A stretch of DNA of 58,677 nucleotides. Origin: an uncultured Sandaracinaceae bacterium (lineage in GTDB: Bacteria; Myxococcota_A; Polyangia; Polyangiales; JAFGIB01). Numbering within the stretch: position 1 is the stretch's first letter; the number at the start of each line of letters is the position of its first letter. Made by a program: the position numbers and the translations under genes. The notes below the pieces were generated by a model. That model searched no databases. It saw only the letters and a program-made list of their open reading frames with translations, and was not told the origin of the DNA. Below, in pieces: positions 34,921-44,278 of this stretch. The DNA is taken from positions 1-58,677 of the forward strand of contig CAYVFC010000016.1 of NCBI GenBank assembly GCA_964450715.1. The letters are read 5' to 3'.

Positions 34921-35922
34921 TTGCAGAAACCGTTTCATCAGAAATTGATCACCTGGATTGGTTGGCTGCTCACAGGGGTGGTGACGGTCGGTACTTTTCT
35001 CGACGCGGTCGGTAACGTTTTAGGCCTCATCACTAGACCGGTTACCTATCTTGCGACTGCAACTATATGGCTGAGTTGGATATTCGCCCAGGTGTTGTTA
35101 AGAAACCGACCCATCGATTGGATTACCTCTGATGGCTTGCGAATTCACATTAAACGGTTGGGAGTCGGCTCAACGTTGCCGCTCGCTGGCGCAACGATGT
35201 TGCTGTGGGTTCCGGTACTCAGTGCTCCTAAACTTTCACTAACTTGTCCTAAAACTATCGATATGAACGTGGCTACAATCGCTGGAACAGCACCACCAAG
35301 TTCGCGCATAGCGCTTTATATTCGCCCTATCGACGGTTCTTCTGAGTATTGGCTCGAGGGAAATGGTAAGATCACCGTTAGTAAAGACGGTAAATGGAGG
35401 CACCTCACGAGGTTCGGTAATCCCTATGGTATCGGGCATAAAGTCCCATGGCCAGCATTCGATGTTTACGCAGTCGCACTGGAAGGCTCGGCGTCGCCGC
35501 CCAGTGAGAAGGAATTTTCACCAAATGCGAGGGCAGTGCACTGTAGCGTAAAGCGTGAACCCGAGCCTGCCATTGCCTGTAAAGCTCAGATGCTAAACAT
35601 TCTATCGCCCCAACCGCTCTCTTGCCCGTTCGCGGCACAAATTCTAGTAGATCCGAGCTGCGATCCTCAGGAAATTGCTACGGTACGTTCACCAGTCGTC
35701 TTTGCCTGGAAGCCTGAAATCGAAGTGTTCGCAGAGCTATACCGTGATGGTCGCCCCGTAACTTCGCTGCCGAAGCAATTCGATGGCAAATTCGGTAGCG
35801 GTAATCCCTTGGAAAGTGGCCTCGCTGTTCCGCTCCGACCCGGTGAGTATCAGTTCAAAATTGCGAAGCACAAGGGCGCACCTTGCAAGACCTCTAGTTG
35901 GTTTCGTGTTGTAAGTCGTTAA
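34921..35922 (+). CDS. hypothetical membrane-anchored protein (low-GC gene)
   Basis: 333-aa ORF with an N-terminal hydrophobic region. Codon usage and GC (about 50%) differ sharply from the neighbours. Start codon uncertain. Confidence 0.45.
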   Translation: MQKPFHQKLITWIGWLLTGVVTVGTFLDAVGNVLGLITRPVTYLATATIWLSWIFAQVLLRNRPIDWITSDGLRIHIKRLGVGSTLPLAGATMLLWVPVLSAPKLSLTCPKTIDMNVATIAGTAPPSSRIALYIRPIDGSSEYWLEGNGKITVSKDGKWRHLTRFGNPYGIGHKVPWPAFDVYAVALEGSASPPSEKEFSPNARAVHCSVKREPEPAIACKAQMLNILSPQPLSCPFAAQILVDPSCDPQEIATVRSPVVFAWKPEIEVFAELYRDGRPVTSLPKQFDGKFGSGNPLESGLAVPLRPGEYQFKIAKHKGAPCKTSSWFRVVSR

Positions 35923-36009
35923 ATTGTATAGGGGCCCATTTGTTCTCCCTATCGGTAGGCTGAACTCGTGCCGGTGCGTCGGCCACCATCGGTACCGTAG
36001 CGCCCGGGG

Positions 36010-36100
36010 AATACAGGTAGCCCCCGGGTCAAGACCCCCCGCGGCGTCCTCACGGCCAGGGTGCAAAACGGTGGAGGGGTTGCCGGCGGGCGGGGTTAAT
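36010..36100. repeat. conserved ~90-nt intergenic element, copy 1
   Basis: (gtagcc)cccgggtcaagacc.cccgcggcgtcct.ac.gccagggtgcaaaacgg.ggaggggtt...ggcgggcggggttaat is about 90% identical to 42230-42320. Confidence 0.6.
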
Positions 36101-36405
36101 GTGGGTGTGTCCCACTTGGTCAATCGGGTTGGCGGCGCCTTGCGACAACGGCTCAGAAAGGGGTGCCGTAAGACGCCGGCGAACGAGCTGGCACCGCGGG
36201 CCGGTCGGAACGGCGCCTGGCCTCGCTCTGGGCGAGGCGCGGCGCGCCGTTCTCTCCCGACCCTGGCTCCGACACACGTTCTACCTCCCCTCATCTAGAC
36301 AACACGTGCCCGGTCATCTAACCTCGGATGGTGAAATCTAGCTTTGTTTAACCTAAAAGCGTGGCGCCCGATCCGCAGGCCACATACACACAAGGAGTGA
36401 ACTCC

Positions 36406-37122
36406 ATGAGCGTAACAAATACTTTGGCACTAGCATTTATGGCCTCAATGCTGTTTGCGAGTACTGCTTTTGCGCAGGGATCGGGAGTTAATGAAGGGGG
36501 AGTGAATCCCGAGCTTGGCGATGACTCCGTCGCCCAGGAGCCCGAAACCGGTTACGGCCAACAGCCGCCTTCTTCTTCACAAGAGGCGATGCCCGGGCCC
36601 GGGGCAGGGCTAGGACCGATTAGTGTTGGATTACTGCTGGGTTACGGAACCGATTTCGAAGACGCAGACCTCAATATCATGGGTTTTGGTTTTGGACTGC
36701 GCGGCGGTTACACGCTGGATATCGGAGTCTACGTAGGGGCGAAGTTCGTCTACTTTCTTGGTGGGTCTGTGGAGGAAGACATTCCTATGGTTGGCACGAT
36801 GGAAATGTCTTACAACGTCATGATGCTGAGTCTGGAAGGCGGTTACGACATCGATGTAGAGCCGATAATCATCCGTCCCTCGCTCGATCTCGGTCTCGCC
36901 ATAACCGGATACGAAGCAACTAGCCCGGCGATGGCCGGCCTACCGGCGCAAACGGAGGACGACACTTCCACAGATTTCCTACTCGGCTTAGGCGCTTCAG
37001 TGCTCTATCCCATCGAAGCCTGGTTTGTGGGCGGCGATCTTCGGTTGTATATGGTCCTGGGCGAAGACGACTTCGGTTACGAGGGTTTCTCACTATTGGC
37101 GAACGGCGGCTACACCTTCTAG
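36406..37122 (+). CDS. outer-membrane beta-barrel protein (OmpA/OmpW-like porin family)
   Basis: Signal peptide ending AFAQG, alternating amphipathic beta-strands, and a C-terminal aromatic residue (GYTF). AAGGAG RBS before ATG 36406. Confidence 0.7.
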   Translation: MSVTNTLALAFMASMLFASTAFAQGSGVNEGGVNPELGDDSVAQEPETGYGQQPPSSSQEAMPGPGAGLGPISVGLLLGYGTDFEDADLNIMGFGFGLRGGYTLDIGVYVGAKFVYFLGGSVEEDIPMVGTMEMSYNVMMLSLEGGYDIDVEPIIIRPSLDLGLAITGYEATSPAMAGLPAQTEDDTSTDFLLGLGASVLYPIEAWFVGGDLRLYMVLGEDDFGYEGFSLLANGGYTF

Positions 37123-37452
37123 AGCACCGAAGGTAAAAGAGCTTTTTTGTCCGTCCCGGCTGACGCCTTTCAGAAAGGCCTCGCGGGCGCGGTAGCTAGA
37201 GCGCACCAGCGGGGCGGAGGCCACGTACTCGAAACCCATCTTCAGGCCCGCCTCGCGATACCCGTCGAACACGGCGGGCTCGACATAGCGCTCGACCTCG
37301 GCGTGCTTCGCCGACGGCCTCAGATACTGGCCGACGGTCAAGATATCTACCCCGGCTTCCCGGAGCGCCTCCATCGCCGCATACACCTCCTCATCGCTCT
37401 CGCCGCACCCTACCATCAACAGGGATTGTCGAGGTGCGAGCATGAAGTCCAT
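37093..37452 (-). pseudogene. lipA: lipoyl synthase C-terminal fragment (truncated lipA)
   Basis: LMVGCGESDEEVYAAMEALREAGVDILTVGQYLRPS...RYVEPAVFDGYREAGLKMGFEYVASAPLVRSSYRA matches the last 110 or so residues of LipA. The radical-SAM N-terminal two-thirds is absent, and upstream DNA is replaced by an unrelated plus-strand gene. Confidence 0.7.
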
Positions 37453-37553
37453 TATTGACCGAGTAGCGCGGGCGTCGGTTCTCAGGGGGCGTGCAGCCGG
37501 GGTTATGCTCTAGAGCAAGAAAAGCGACAGACCGTAGAGCAAGGAGACCGAGC

Positions 37554-38585
37554 ATGGATCAGAAAGGCTTGCGCTTCATACCGGCGCCGCTTTTGCGGGT
37601 GCGTCGTTTTCTCGATCAACAGGGACGGATGCGGGTCAAACCGTGGGCTACTGTCGAGGAGACCCTGGACGCATTTCACGACGCCTTGCTCGACAACCGC
37701 GACAACGATGCGTTCTGGCAAGGACTGCAATCGCTGCTCGCGGTCCTCACGGCAGACACGCGAAAACGCATGTCGGCGGACGCCGGTAAGATCATCGACA
37801 ACCAGAGCCTCGACCCCGAGCGCAACCGCCTGCTTTTACTCGAGATCAGGCGGGCGCTGGCCGGCCGGCAGAAGCGCGGCGGCGGCTTCCGCCTGCTGAC
37901 GGCGGTGCTTTCGGTGCCGGCGCTCGGCCTGCTGCTGATGCTGGGCGGCGTGGCGAGCCTCGGTTGCTACACGACCCAGGAAGCCGGAAACCTCGACGGC
38001 GCGGGAACCGGTGGGTATGGCGGGCAAGCGGGGTCCGCCGGTTCAGCCTGGAACCAGGCGGGCGCGGGCGGTCCCGCCGCTGCCGGAAGCGCCGGCTCCA
38101 CCGCGGGAGCACCCGATGCGTCGATACCGGGCGCGGGCGGTCAAGGCGTTGCCGGAAAAGCCGGCTCCACCGCGGGAACACCCGATGCGTCGATGGCGGG
38201 CGCGGGCGGCGGCACCGGCCTCGGCGACGGTGGCGCCGAGGCCGGAACCGCACCGCCTCCTGTCGATGCCGGATGCAGCAAGCAGCAATGGGCCATGGAG
38301 GAGATCGTCGAGCTCTGCCTGGCCGATCCCGAAGACCGCGCGCGGGTCCTCTCCTGCCTGGACGCGCTGCACCAGTCGTGGCGGACAGGGCTCGAGGAGC
38401 TTTTTCGTTGCACCGACTGCGGTGTCATCCGCGATCAGCTCGAGTGCCTGGTTCCCGGCGTGGGTTCCTCCGCCTACCCCGCCGAGGATTTCTGCTCGAA
38501 CCCGGAAGCGGCCGGCGAATACGATCCGGATACTCTATTTAAAAACTGTCTTATTCCCATTTACCTCGGCGTCCGTTTCGAATGA
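37554..38585 (+). CDS. membrane-anchored protein: cytoplasmic N-domain, one TM helix, Gly/Ala-rich linker, Cys-rich C-terminal domain
   Basis: AAGGAGA RBS and ATG 37554. TM LLTAVLSVPALGLLLMLGGVASLGC. A (GAGG/AGSAGSTAG) low-complexity region. A C-terminal domain of about 100 aa with 7 Cys. Architecture resembles anti-sigma factors. Confidence 0.55.
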   Translation: MDQKGLRFIPAPLLRVRRFLDQQGRMRVKPWATVEETLDAFHDALLDNRDNDAFWQGLQSLLAVLTADTRKRMSADAGKIIDNQSLDPERNRLLLLEIRRALAGRQKRGGGFRLLTAVLSVPALGLLLMLGGVASLGCYTTQEAGNLDGAGTGGYGGQAGSAGSAWNQAGAGGPAAAGSAGSTAGAPDASIPGAGGQGVAGKAGSTAGTPDASMAGAGGGTGLGDGGAEAGTAPPPVDAGCSKQQWAMEEIVELCLADPEDRARVLSCLDALHQSWRTGLEELFRCTDCGVIRDQLECLVPGVGSSAYPAEDFCSNPEAAGEYDPDTLFKNCLIPIYLGVRFE

Positions 38586-38619
38586 GCGGGCCTTCCCGTG
38601 CGAATGAAGGCCCCTTCCC

Positions 38620-39747
38620 GTGACGAAGAACGGATCGCCAAAACGCTCTCACCCTCTTGACCGGATAGAACGCAGGCCCACGACCTGCATCTGGGAAATC
38701 ACCCGCGCCTGCAATCTTCGCTGCGTACATTGCGAGAACCGGAGCGGCGTCAGGAGCGAGCAGGAGCTCTCGCCAGCGGAACTGATGGCCGTGGCAGAAA
38801 GCCTGGCCCGTCTCGGGTGCCAGACCGTGGACCTGACCGGGGGCGAACCCCTGCTGCGCCCCGACTGGGACGCTCTGTGCCGAGGATTGCGCGCTCTCGG
38901 ATTACAGGTGGCCCTGATCACGAACGGCACTCTTTTGAGCGACGAAAACCTGGATCGCGCCGTCGCCGCCGGGGTCGGTGTGCTCGGCGTATCCCTGGAC
39001 GGGATGCTAGATACACACGACGCCACGCGCCTTCGCCCGTGCCCCGGGCCCTCGCCCTGGGAACAGACGGTATCGGGGATCGAGCGCGCCCTGGGCCGGG
39101 TGACGACCAGGGTCATCACCCAGGTCAACCGCAACAACCTGCGCGATCTCCCTCGGCTCCGCCTCTTCTTGCGAGATCTCGGGGTGCGCCGCTGGCAGTT
39201 ACAACTTGCCGTCCCAACCGGCTGGCTGCTCGATCTCGACGTTCCGTACATTATAGGTCCCGAAGATCTGGAGGAGCTTACCGGGTTCATCGCCGGCGCG
39301 ATCGCCGAGGGTGGGGAACCCGCCATCGATACCGGCGATACCATCGGGTATTACACGGACCGGGAGCTGGTCTTGCGCAAGCGGACTTCCGGTCAGGGTC
39401 TGTGGCTCGGATGCCAGGCGGGAATCCGGGTGGTGGCGATCACCTACGACGGCAAGGTGCGGGGGTGCTCCGCGCTGCCGCGCGGGTTCGACGCCGGCGA
39501 CTTGCGACAGGAATCGCTCGAGGAGATCTGGAGCGACCCGGAGCGGTTCGCCTATTGCACGCGGTTCGATCCTCGCAGGCTTCTGGGTGCGTGCGCCCGT
39601 TGCAGGTTCGGGGCGCTGTGCAGGGCGGGGTGTACCTCGATGGCCTACTGGGTCACGGGCACCATATATCGTAATCCCTATTGCCTCCTACAGCAGAGAG
39701 AACGCTTGCAGACGAGCCCGGGCGTCGTCGAAGGTTGCCGTCCATGA
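38620..39747 (+). CDS. radical SAM/SPASM-domain protein
   Basis: CNLRCVHC is a CxxxCxxC radical-SAM cluster motif. A C-terminal Cys-rich SPASM-like region (CARCRFGALCRAGC...C). GTG start. Confidence 0.8.
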   Translation: MTKNGSPKRSHPLDRIERRPTTCIWEITRACNLRCVHCENRSGVRSEQELSPAELMAVAESLARLGCQTVDLTGGEPLLRPDWDALCRGLRALGLQVALITNGTLLSDENLDRAVAAGVGVLGVSLDGMLDTHDATRLRPCPGPSPWEQTVSGIERALGRVTTRVITQVNRNNLRDLPRLRLFLRDLGVRRWQLQLAVPTGWLLDLDVPYIIGPEDLEELTGFIAGAIAEGGEPAIDTGDTIGYYTDRELVLRKRTSGQGLWLGCQAGIRVVAITYDGKVRGCSALPRGFDAGDLRQESLEEIWSDPERFAYCTRFDPRRLLGACARCRFGALCRAGCTSMAYWVTGTIYRNPYCLLQQRERLQTSPGVVEGCRP

Positions 39748-40781
39748 GCCCGCCGATCCGACTGCAGGCCGCCGGTCTCGAGATAACGCTCGCCTGTCCG
39801 TACCGTTGCCAGACCTGCGGCTCGAACGCGGGAGCACCCAGGTCGAGCGAGCTGCGCACGGACGAATGGCTGGCGGTAATACATGATCTAGCCGGCCTCG
39901 GGTGCGCGCGCGTCGCCCTGCTCGGCGGCGAGCCGCTGCTGCGCTCGGACTGGATCGTACTGGCCCGGGAGGCCATCGAGAACGGCTTGGAAGTCGAGCT
40001 CATCACCTCCGGCATGGGGGTTGATGTCGAAATGGCCCGACGGATAGCCGAGCTCGGCCTGGCATCGGTCACGGTCAGCGTGGACGGAACCCGGCAAGTG
40101 CACGACAGGCAGCGGGACAAGGATGGAAGCTACGACCGGGCGCTTTCTGCCATCGAGCTTCTCGAGCGGAGCGGAATGCGCGTGGGCGTTACCACCCAGG
40201 TTAACCGGGAGACGCTGCACACGCTGGAGGTACTGGCTCCCGAGCTGGAAGCGGCGGGCGCTATGGGATGGCAACTACAGCTCACCATGCCCGCAGGGCG
40301 AGCGCGGCTGCGCACGGATCTGGTCTTGGCCCCCGACGCCATGCCCGAATTGCACGGGATAGCTCGAAGACTCATTGCGCGCCGCGGCCTGCGCCCGGTT
40401 CTCACCGACAACATCGGCTACTTCACTTCGGACGAGCCCCTCCTGCGGACCCCGGGCAGGCAAGCCGAAAGGTGCTGGCTCGGTTGCTTCGCAGGGCTTC
40501 GCAACCTCGGCATCCTCAGCGACGGCTCGGTCAAGGGTTGCCTGGCGCTTCCCGATTCGATGATCGAGGGCAACGTGCGCGAGCGATCTCTCGCCTCCAT
40601 CTGGAACGACCCCGGCTGCTTCGCCTACAGTCGTTCCTTTCGCCCCGAAACCCTGGGCGGAGCCTGCGCCGAGTGCGCCTTCGCAAGACTGTGTCGCGGC
40701 GGTTGCACCGCATTCGCCCTGGCTGTTCACTCGCAACCCGGGGTAAGCACCCATTGCTTCCGATTGCACGGCGTCTGCTGA
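39744..40781 (+). CDS. radical SAM/SPASM-domain protein (tandem paralogue)
   Basis: ATG 39744 overlaps the upstream stop (ATGA). CPYRCQTC cluster motif, and a C-terminal CAECAFARLCRGGC...C SPASM-like region. Confidence 0.8.
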   Translation: MSPPIRLQAAGLEITLACPYRCQTCGSNAGAPRSSELRTDEWLAVIHDLAGLGCARVALLGGEPLLRSDWIVLAREAIENGLEVELITSGMGVDVEMARRIAELGLASVTVSVDGTRQVHDRQRDKDGSYDRALSAIELLERSGMRVGVTTQVNRETLHTLEVLAPELEAAGAMGWQLQLTMPAGRARLRTDLVLAPDAMPELHGIARRLIARRGLRPVLTDNIGYFTSDEPLLRTPGRQAERCWLGCFAGLRNLGILSDGSVKGCLALPDSMIEGNVRERSLASIWNDPGCFAYSRSFRPETLGGACAECAFARLCRGGCTAFALAVHSQPGVSTHCFRLHGVC

Positions 40782-40993
40782 GACAACTGCAATAATCAGC
40801 CACGGGCCCGTAGCTGGCGGAAGCGTCGCATTACCGACGACCGAGCGGGAGGCGGACCGGTGCCGACGGGTTCGGGCAGGTCGTTGTGAGAGCAAGCCAG
40901 CCGGAAAACAGGCTCAGCGTAGTGCGGTGTAGCGCGGCGTGGCGCGGCGTGGCGTGGCGCGAGCGACGAGGCGAGATCTCGCCGAACGCGGCG

Positions 40994-41965
40994 TTAGCTT
41001 TCGCCCAGCGCGGAACAGATTCTCTGCGCTTCTGCGGTCATCTCGGTCAGAATCTCGCGGACCGGTTTGACCTCGTGGATGAGGCCGATTGCCTGCGAGC
41101 AGGAGATGCTCCCCTTGTTGATGTCGCCGGTCTCGTACATCTCCCGAGCGGCCTCGCCCGAGACGTAGGGATAGATCTCACCGATGTCGCCGCCCTTGCC
41201 GGCCGCCTCGAGCTCTTGCACCTTCTTGGAGGGCGGGTTGAGCCAGACCCGGTGGGGAAAGTTGACCGGGCGCATGATGATATCGGTGTCCAGCTCGGTG
41301 GCTTCGAGCAGGGCCTTCTTGAGGTTGTCGTGGATGGGGCACTCCTCGGAGAGCATGATTCGGGTTCCCACGATGACCCCCGAGGCCCCGAGGGCAAATG
41401 CGGCAGCCATCGACCGGCCGTCGACGATGCCGCCGCCACCGATCACGGGAATATCGAGCGCGTCGACCGCAGACGGAATCAGCACGATCGTGCCGATGTT
41501 GAGGTTGCCGGTCGCGCCGCCGTTTTCGTAGCCGACAACGGTGACCGCGTCGGCCCCCATCTTCTCGGCTTTCCTCGCGTAGCGGACGCCGACGCACTTG
41601 TGGAGCCAGACCATGCCGAGCTCTTTGATGCGGGCGATCAGGTCCGCGGGGGGAGAGAAACCGGAGGTTTCGACGATCCTGACGCCCTCTTCGGCCATGA
41701 TCTCCAGGTAGCGCAGGTTGTCCAGCTTACGCATCATGGGAAAGAGGTTGATGTTGACTCCAAAGGGTTTCCGGGTGCCGCCCTTGACCGCTTTCAGATC
41801 GTTGCGGAACTCGCCTTCGTCCTGGTAGATCGCCGAAGCGATGAGCCCGAGGGCCCCTGCCTCCGAGATGGCCGTCACAAAAGGGGCTTTCGAGATGTCC
41901 ATCATGGTCCCCCCGATGATGGGGAGCTCGATCCCGAGAAGGCTGGTTAGCTTGGAGCTGAGCAC
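40994..41965 (-). CDS. nitronate monooxygenase / FabK-like FMN-dependent enoyl reductase family protein
   Basis: NMO/2-nitropropane dioxygenase fold motifs (GGTMMDISKAPFVTAISEAGALGLI, VIGGGGIVDGR, GASGVIVGTR). Confidence 0.75.
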   Translation of the reverse strand: MLSSKLTSLLGIELPIIGGTMMDISKAPFVTAISEAGALGLIASAIYQDEGEFRNDLKAVKGGTRKPFGVNINLFPMMRKLDNLRYLEIMAEEGVRIVETSGFSPPADLIARIKELGMVWLHKCVGVRYARKAEKMGADAVTVVGYENGGATGNLNIGTIVLIPSAVDALDIPVIGGGGIVDGRSMAAAFALGASGVIVGTRIMLSEECPIHDNLKKALLEATELDTDIIMRPVNFPHRVWLNPPSKKVQELEAAGKGGDIGEIYPYVSGEAAREMYETGDINKGSISCSQAIGLIHEVKPVREILTEMTAEAQRICSALGES

Positions 41966-42229
41966 GCGTACCTCCGGCTAGCTGGCGTATGGGGGCTGCA
42001 CCGCGCGGGGCGGCCTCCGATCTGGGTTATCGCGCAAAACCAAGGGCCAGTCAAAGCGCTCCGGCGCGCAAAAGGGGCCATCCCGGACCGCGTTTCCCGA
42101 GCACCTACCGCCCCTTCGTTCCCGCGATTCGCCGTCATCGCCGGAGACGAGATGGCCGGCTTTTCGGGCGTCTGCCGGTGAAATGGTCGCGGTCAGCCGG
42201 GCCTACCTGTCGACGCCCACGCTGGTGGG

Positions 42230-42320
42230 CTATACAGTAGCCTCCGGGTCAAGACCTCCCGCGGCGTCCTTACAGCCAGGGTGCAAAACGGCGGAGGGGT
42301 TATTGGCGGGCGGGGTTAAT
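42230..42320. repeat. conserved ~90-nt intergenic element, copy 2
   Basis: See copy 1. Located between the nitronate monooxygenase start and the MFS transporter stop. Confidence 0.6.
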
Positions 42321-42443
42321 AGCGGTACCTAGAGCGCCGAACGGGTTGAAAACGCCATGATTTAGCGGTCTATCCTCGCGAACTTAAAGACGTTTTATAA
42401 TTGTTGGCACTCCCTTGTGGAGAGAGCCGGCCAACGCGAACGG

Positions 42444-43730
42444 CTACCGATTCCTGTCGATCATCGTCCACAACACCAGGGTGAGCGCGGTGCCTACCAC
42501 CGCCACCGCGACCAGCAGGACGAAGATCGGCGTCAGTGCCTGGTCGTACCGCTCGTACATCCAGCCGATAATCTGCTCCTGAAAAATGGGACCGATGGAT
42601 CCTGTGCCGTTGATGATCCCCGCCGCGGCCAGCGCGCCTCGCTTTGATCCGACGTCGATGGCGGCCACTCCGGACAAGAGCGAATCCGGGCCGTAGAGCA
42701 TGAAGCCGGTCAGGCCCATGCAGAGCGTGAAAGCGAACAGGCTGGAGGCGCCGAACGCGACCATACCGCCGAAAGCCAGCGTCATGACGACCAGCATGGC
42801 AAAGCAGAGAAACGCTCTTCTGCCCCTGAACAGCCTATCGCTGGCAAAACCGGCAAAGATCACACCGGTAAAACCCGAGATGTCGAACACGGTCGATAGA
42901 TAACCGGCCTGATCGCCCTGCAGCTCGAAGTTACCGGCCAGGAAATAGGGCGTCCAGCTCCAGAGCGCGTAACGCAGAAACTTGATGGTGAAGTAGATGA
43001 CGCCTATCAGCACGATGGCGGCCACCACCTCGCGGCTCCAGTTCAGGCCTTTATCGTTTTCACCGTCGGCCGTGCCGTCAGGATCGGCGCCGTCGTCGTC
43101 GTCCTGGTCCTGCAGCTCGGGAAGACCGACGTCCGCGGGGCGACCCGGGTGCAACAACAGCACCGCGAACCAGACGCAGAGCAGCACCAGCGAAGCGCCG
43201 AAAAACGACCAGCGCCACCCGGCCAGGCCTAGCAGATAGGCGGCAAAGGAGGTGGCCAGCACCGAGCCCAGCTGGTAGCAGGTGGACCAGACGCCCAGGA
43301 TCGAACCGCGCTGCCTGCGCTTGAACCAGAAGGCCAACGAGCCGATACAACCCGGCCAACCCGTACCCTGGGCCAAGCCGTTGAGCGCCAGAAAAAGCGC
43401 CACGGTCCATACACCGTTGGAGATGCCGAACACGACATTGCACCCGAGCGAGATGCCCATGCCCACCAGCAGCAGCATTTTGGAGCCGAGCCGGTTGCCG
43501 AAGTAGCTGCTCGAGTACTGTCCGACCATGTAAGCCGCCAGATAGGCGGTACCCAGGTGGGCCAGATCGACGGCATTCAGATCAAATGCCAGCGACAGAT
43601 CGCGTTTGACGACGTAAAACGCCTTTCGGCAGAAGTAGTAGCCGGCGTAGGCCAGCCAGGTAGCGGTGAAGATCTTGATCTGCCATGGGCGGTATTCGCT
43701 GTCTGCACTCCCGGTATTTGTGTTTGCCAT
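42444..43730 (-). CDS. MFS transporter, organophosphate:phosphate antiporter (GlpT/UhpC-like) family
   Basis: 12 predicted TM helices, and an N-terminal WQIKIFTATWLAYAGYYFCRKAF typical of the OPA family. Confidence 0.75.
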   Translation of the reverse strand: MANTNTGSADSEYRPWQIKIFTATWLAYAGYYFCRKAFYVVKRDLSLAFDLNAVDLAHLGTAYLAAYMVGQYSSSYFGNRLGSKMLLLVGMGISLGCNVVFGISNGVWTVALFLALNGLAQGTGWPGCIGSLAFWFKRRQRGSILGVWSTCYQLGSVLATSFAAYLLGLAGWRWSFFGASLVLLCVWFAVLLLHPGRPADVGLPELQDQDDDDGADPDGTADGENDKGLNWSREVVAAIVLIGVIYFTIKFLRYALWSWTPYFLAGNFELQGDQAGYLSTVFDISGFTGVIFAGFASDRLFRGRRAFLCFAMLVVMTLAFGGMVAFGASSLFAFTLCMGLTGFMLYGPDSLLSGVAAIDVGSKRGALAAAGIINGTGSIGPIFQEQIIGWMYERYDQALTPIFVLLVAVAVVGTALTLVLWTMIDRNR

Positions 43731-44278
43731 CCGGCGCGGTATTCAACAGCACTCTTTCTTTTAAGTAAACGTCGAGAGCGCCTTTCCTTCAGCGATCACC
43801 GTGGCACAGACGAATACGATTCCATCTCCGTTCGAATCCTCCCTGACCCACCAACGCCGGTATTCTCATCCGGAAGCGCGATCGAGCCGCCCCAGGAAAC
43901 GATCGCTGGCTGTGCGAGGCCGTAGTGCTCGAGCACCCGTTCCGAAGCGCCGCCGCCCAGGATATGCACCGGCAGCTCCTATTCGGCGATCTCTCCGAGG
44001 TCGGTGATGCCCGACTCGACCTCAACCGCCGCCAGCAGGTATTTCGGATCGGGCCCCTGAGCGCTCATTGGTAATCCTTCCGCCGGTCTCCGAAAGCCCA
44101 GGGATTAGGCCCCGGGCGCCAGTAGGTTGTCCCGAGCGAACACTGCGCGGCCACAACGTACGCCCTAGGGTTAGAAGTAGTTGTTTTCCCTACACACCGT
44201 CCGCGTGGCGCCCCTCTGCCGGTGCGCCCTGGCGAAAGCGAGCGACACGGGGAGGTCTGTAACAAAGGGAGGTCGAGC

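Noticed and set aside
40268-40895. Overlapping ORFs on both strands inside the second rSAM gene
   Set aside because: Alternative-frame artefacts. The plus-strand frame from 39744 carries the CxxxCxxC and SPASM motifs.
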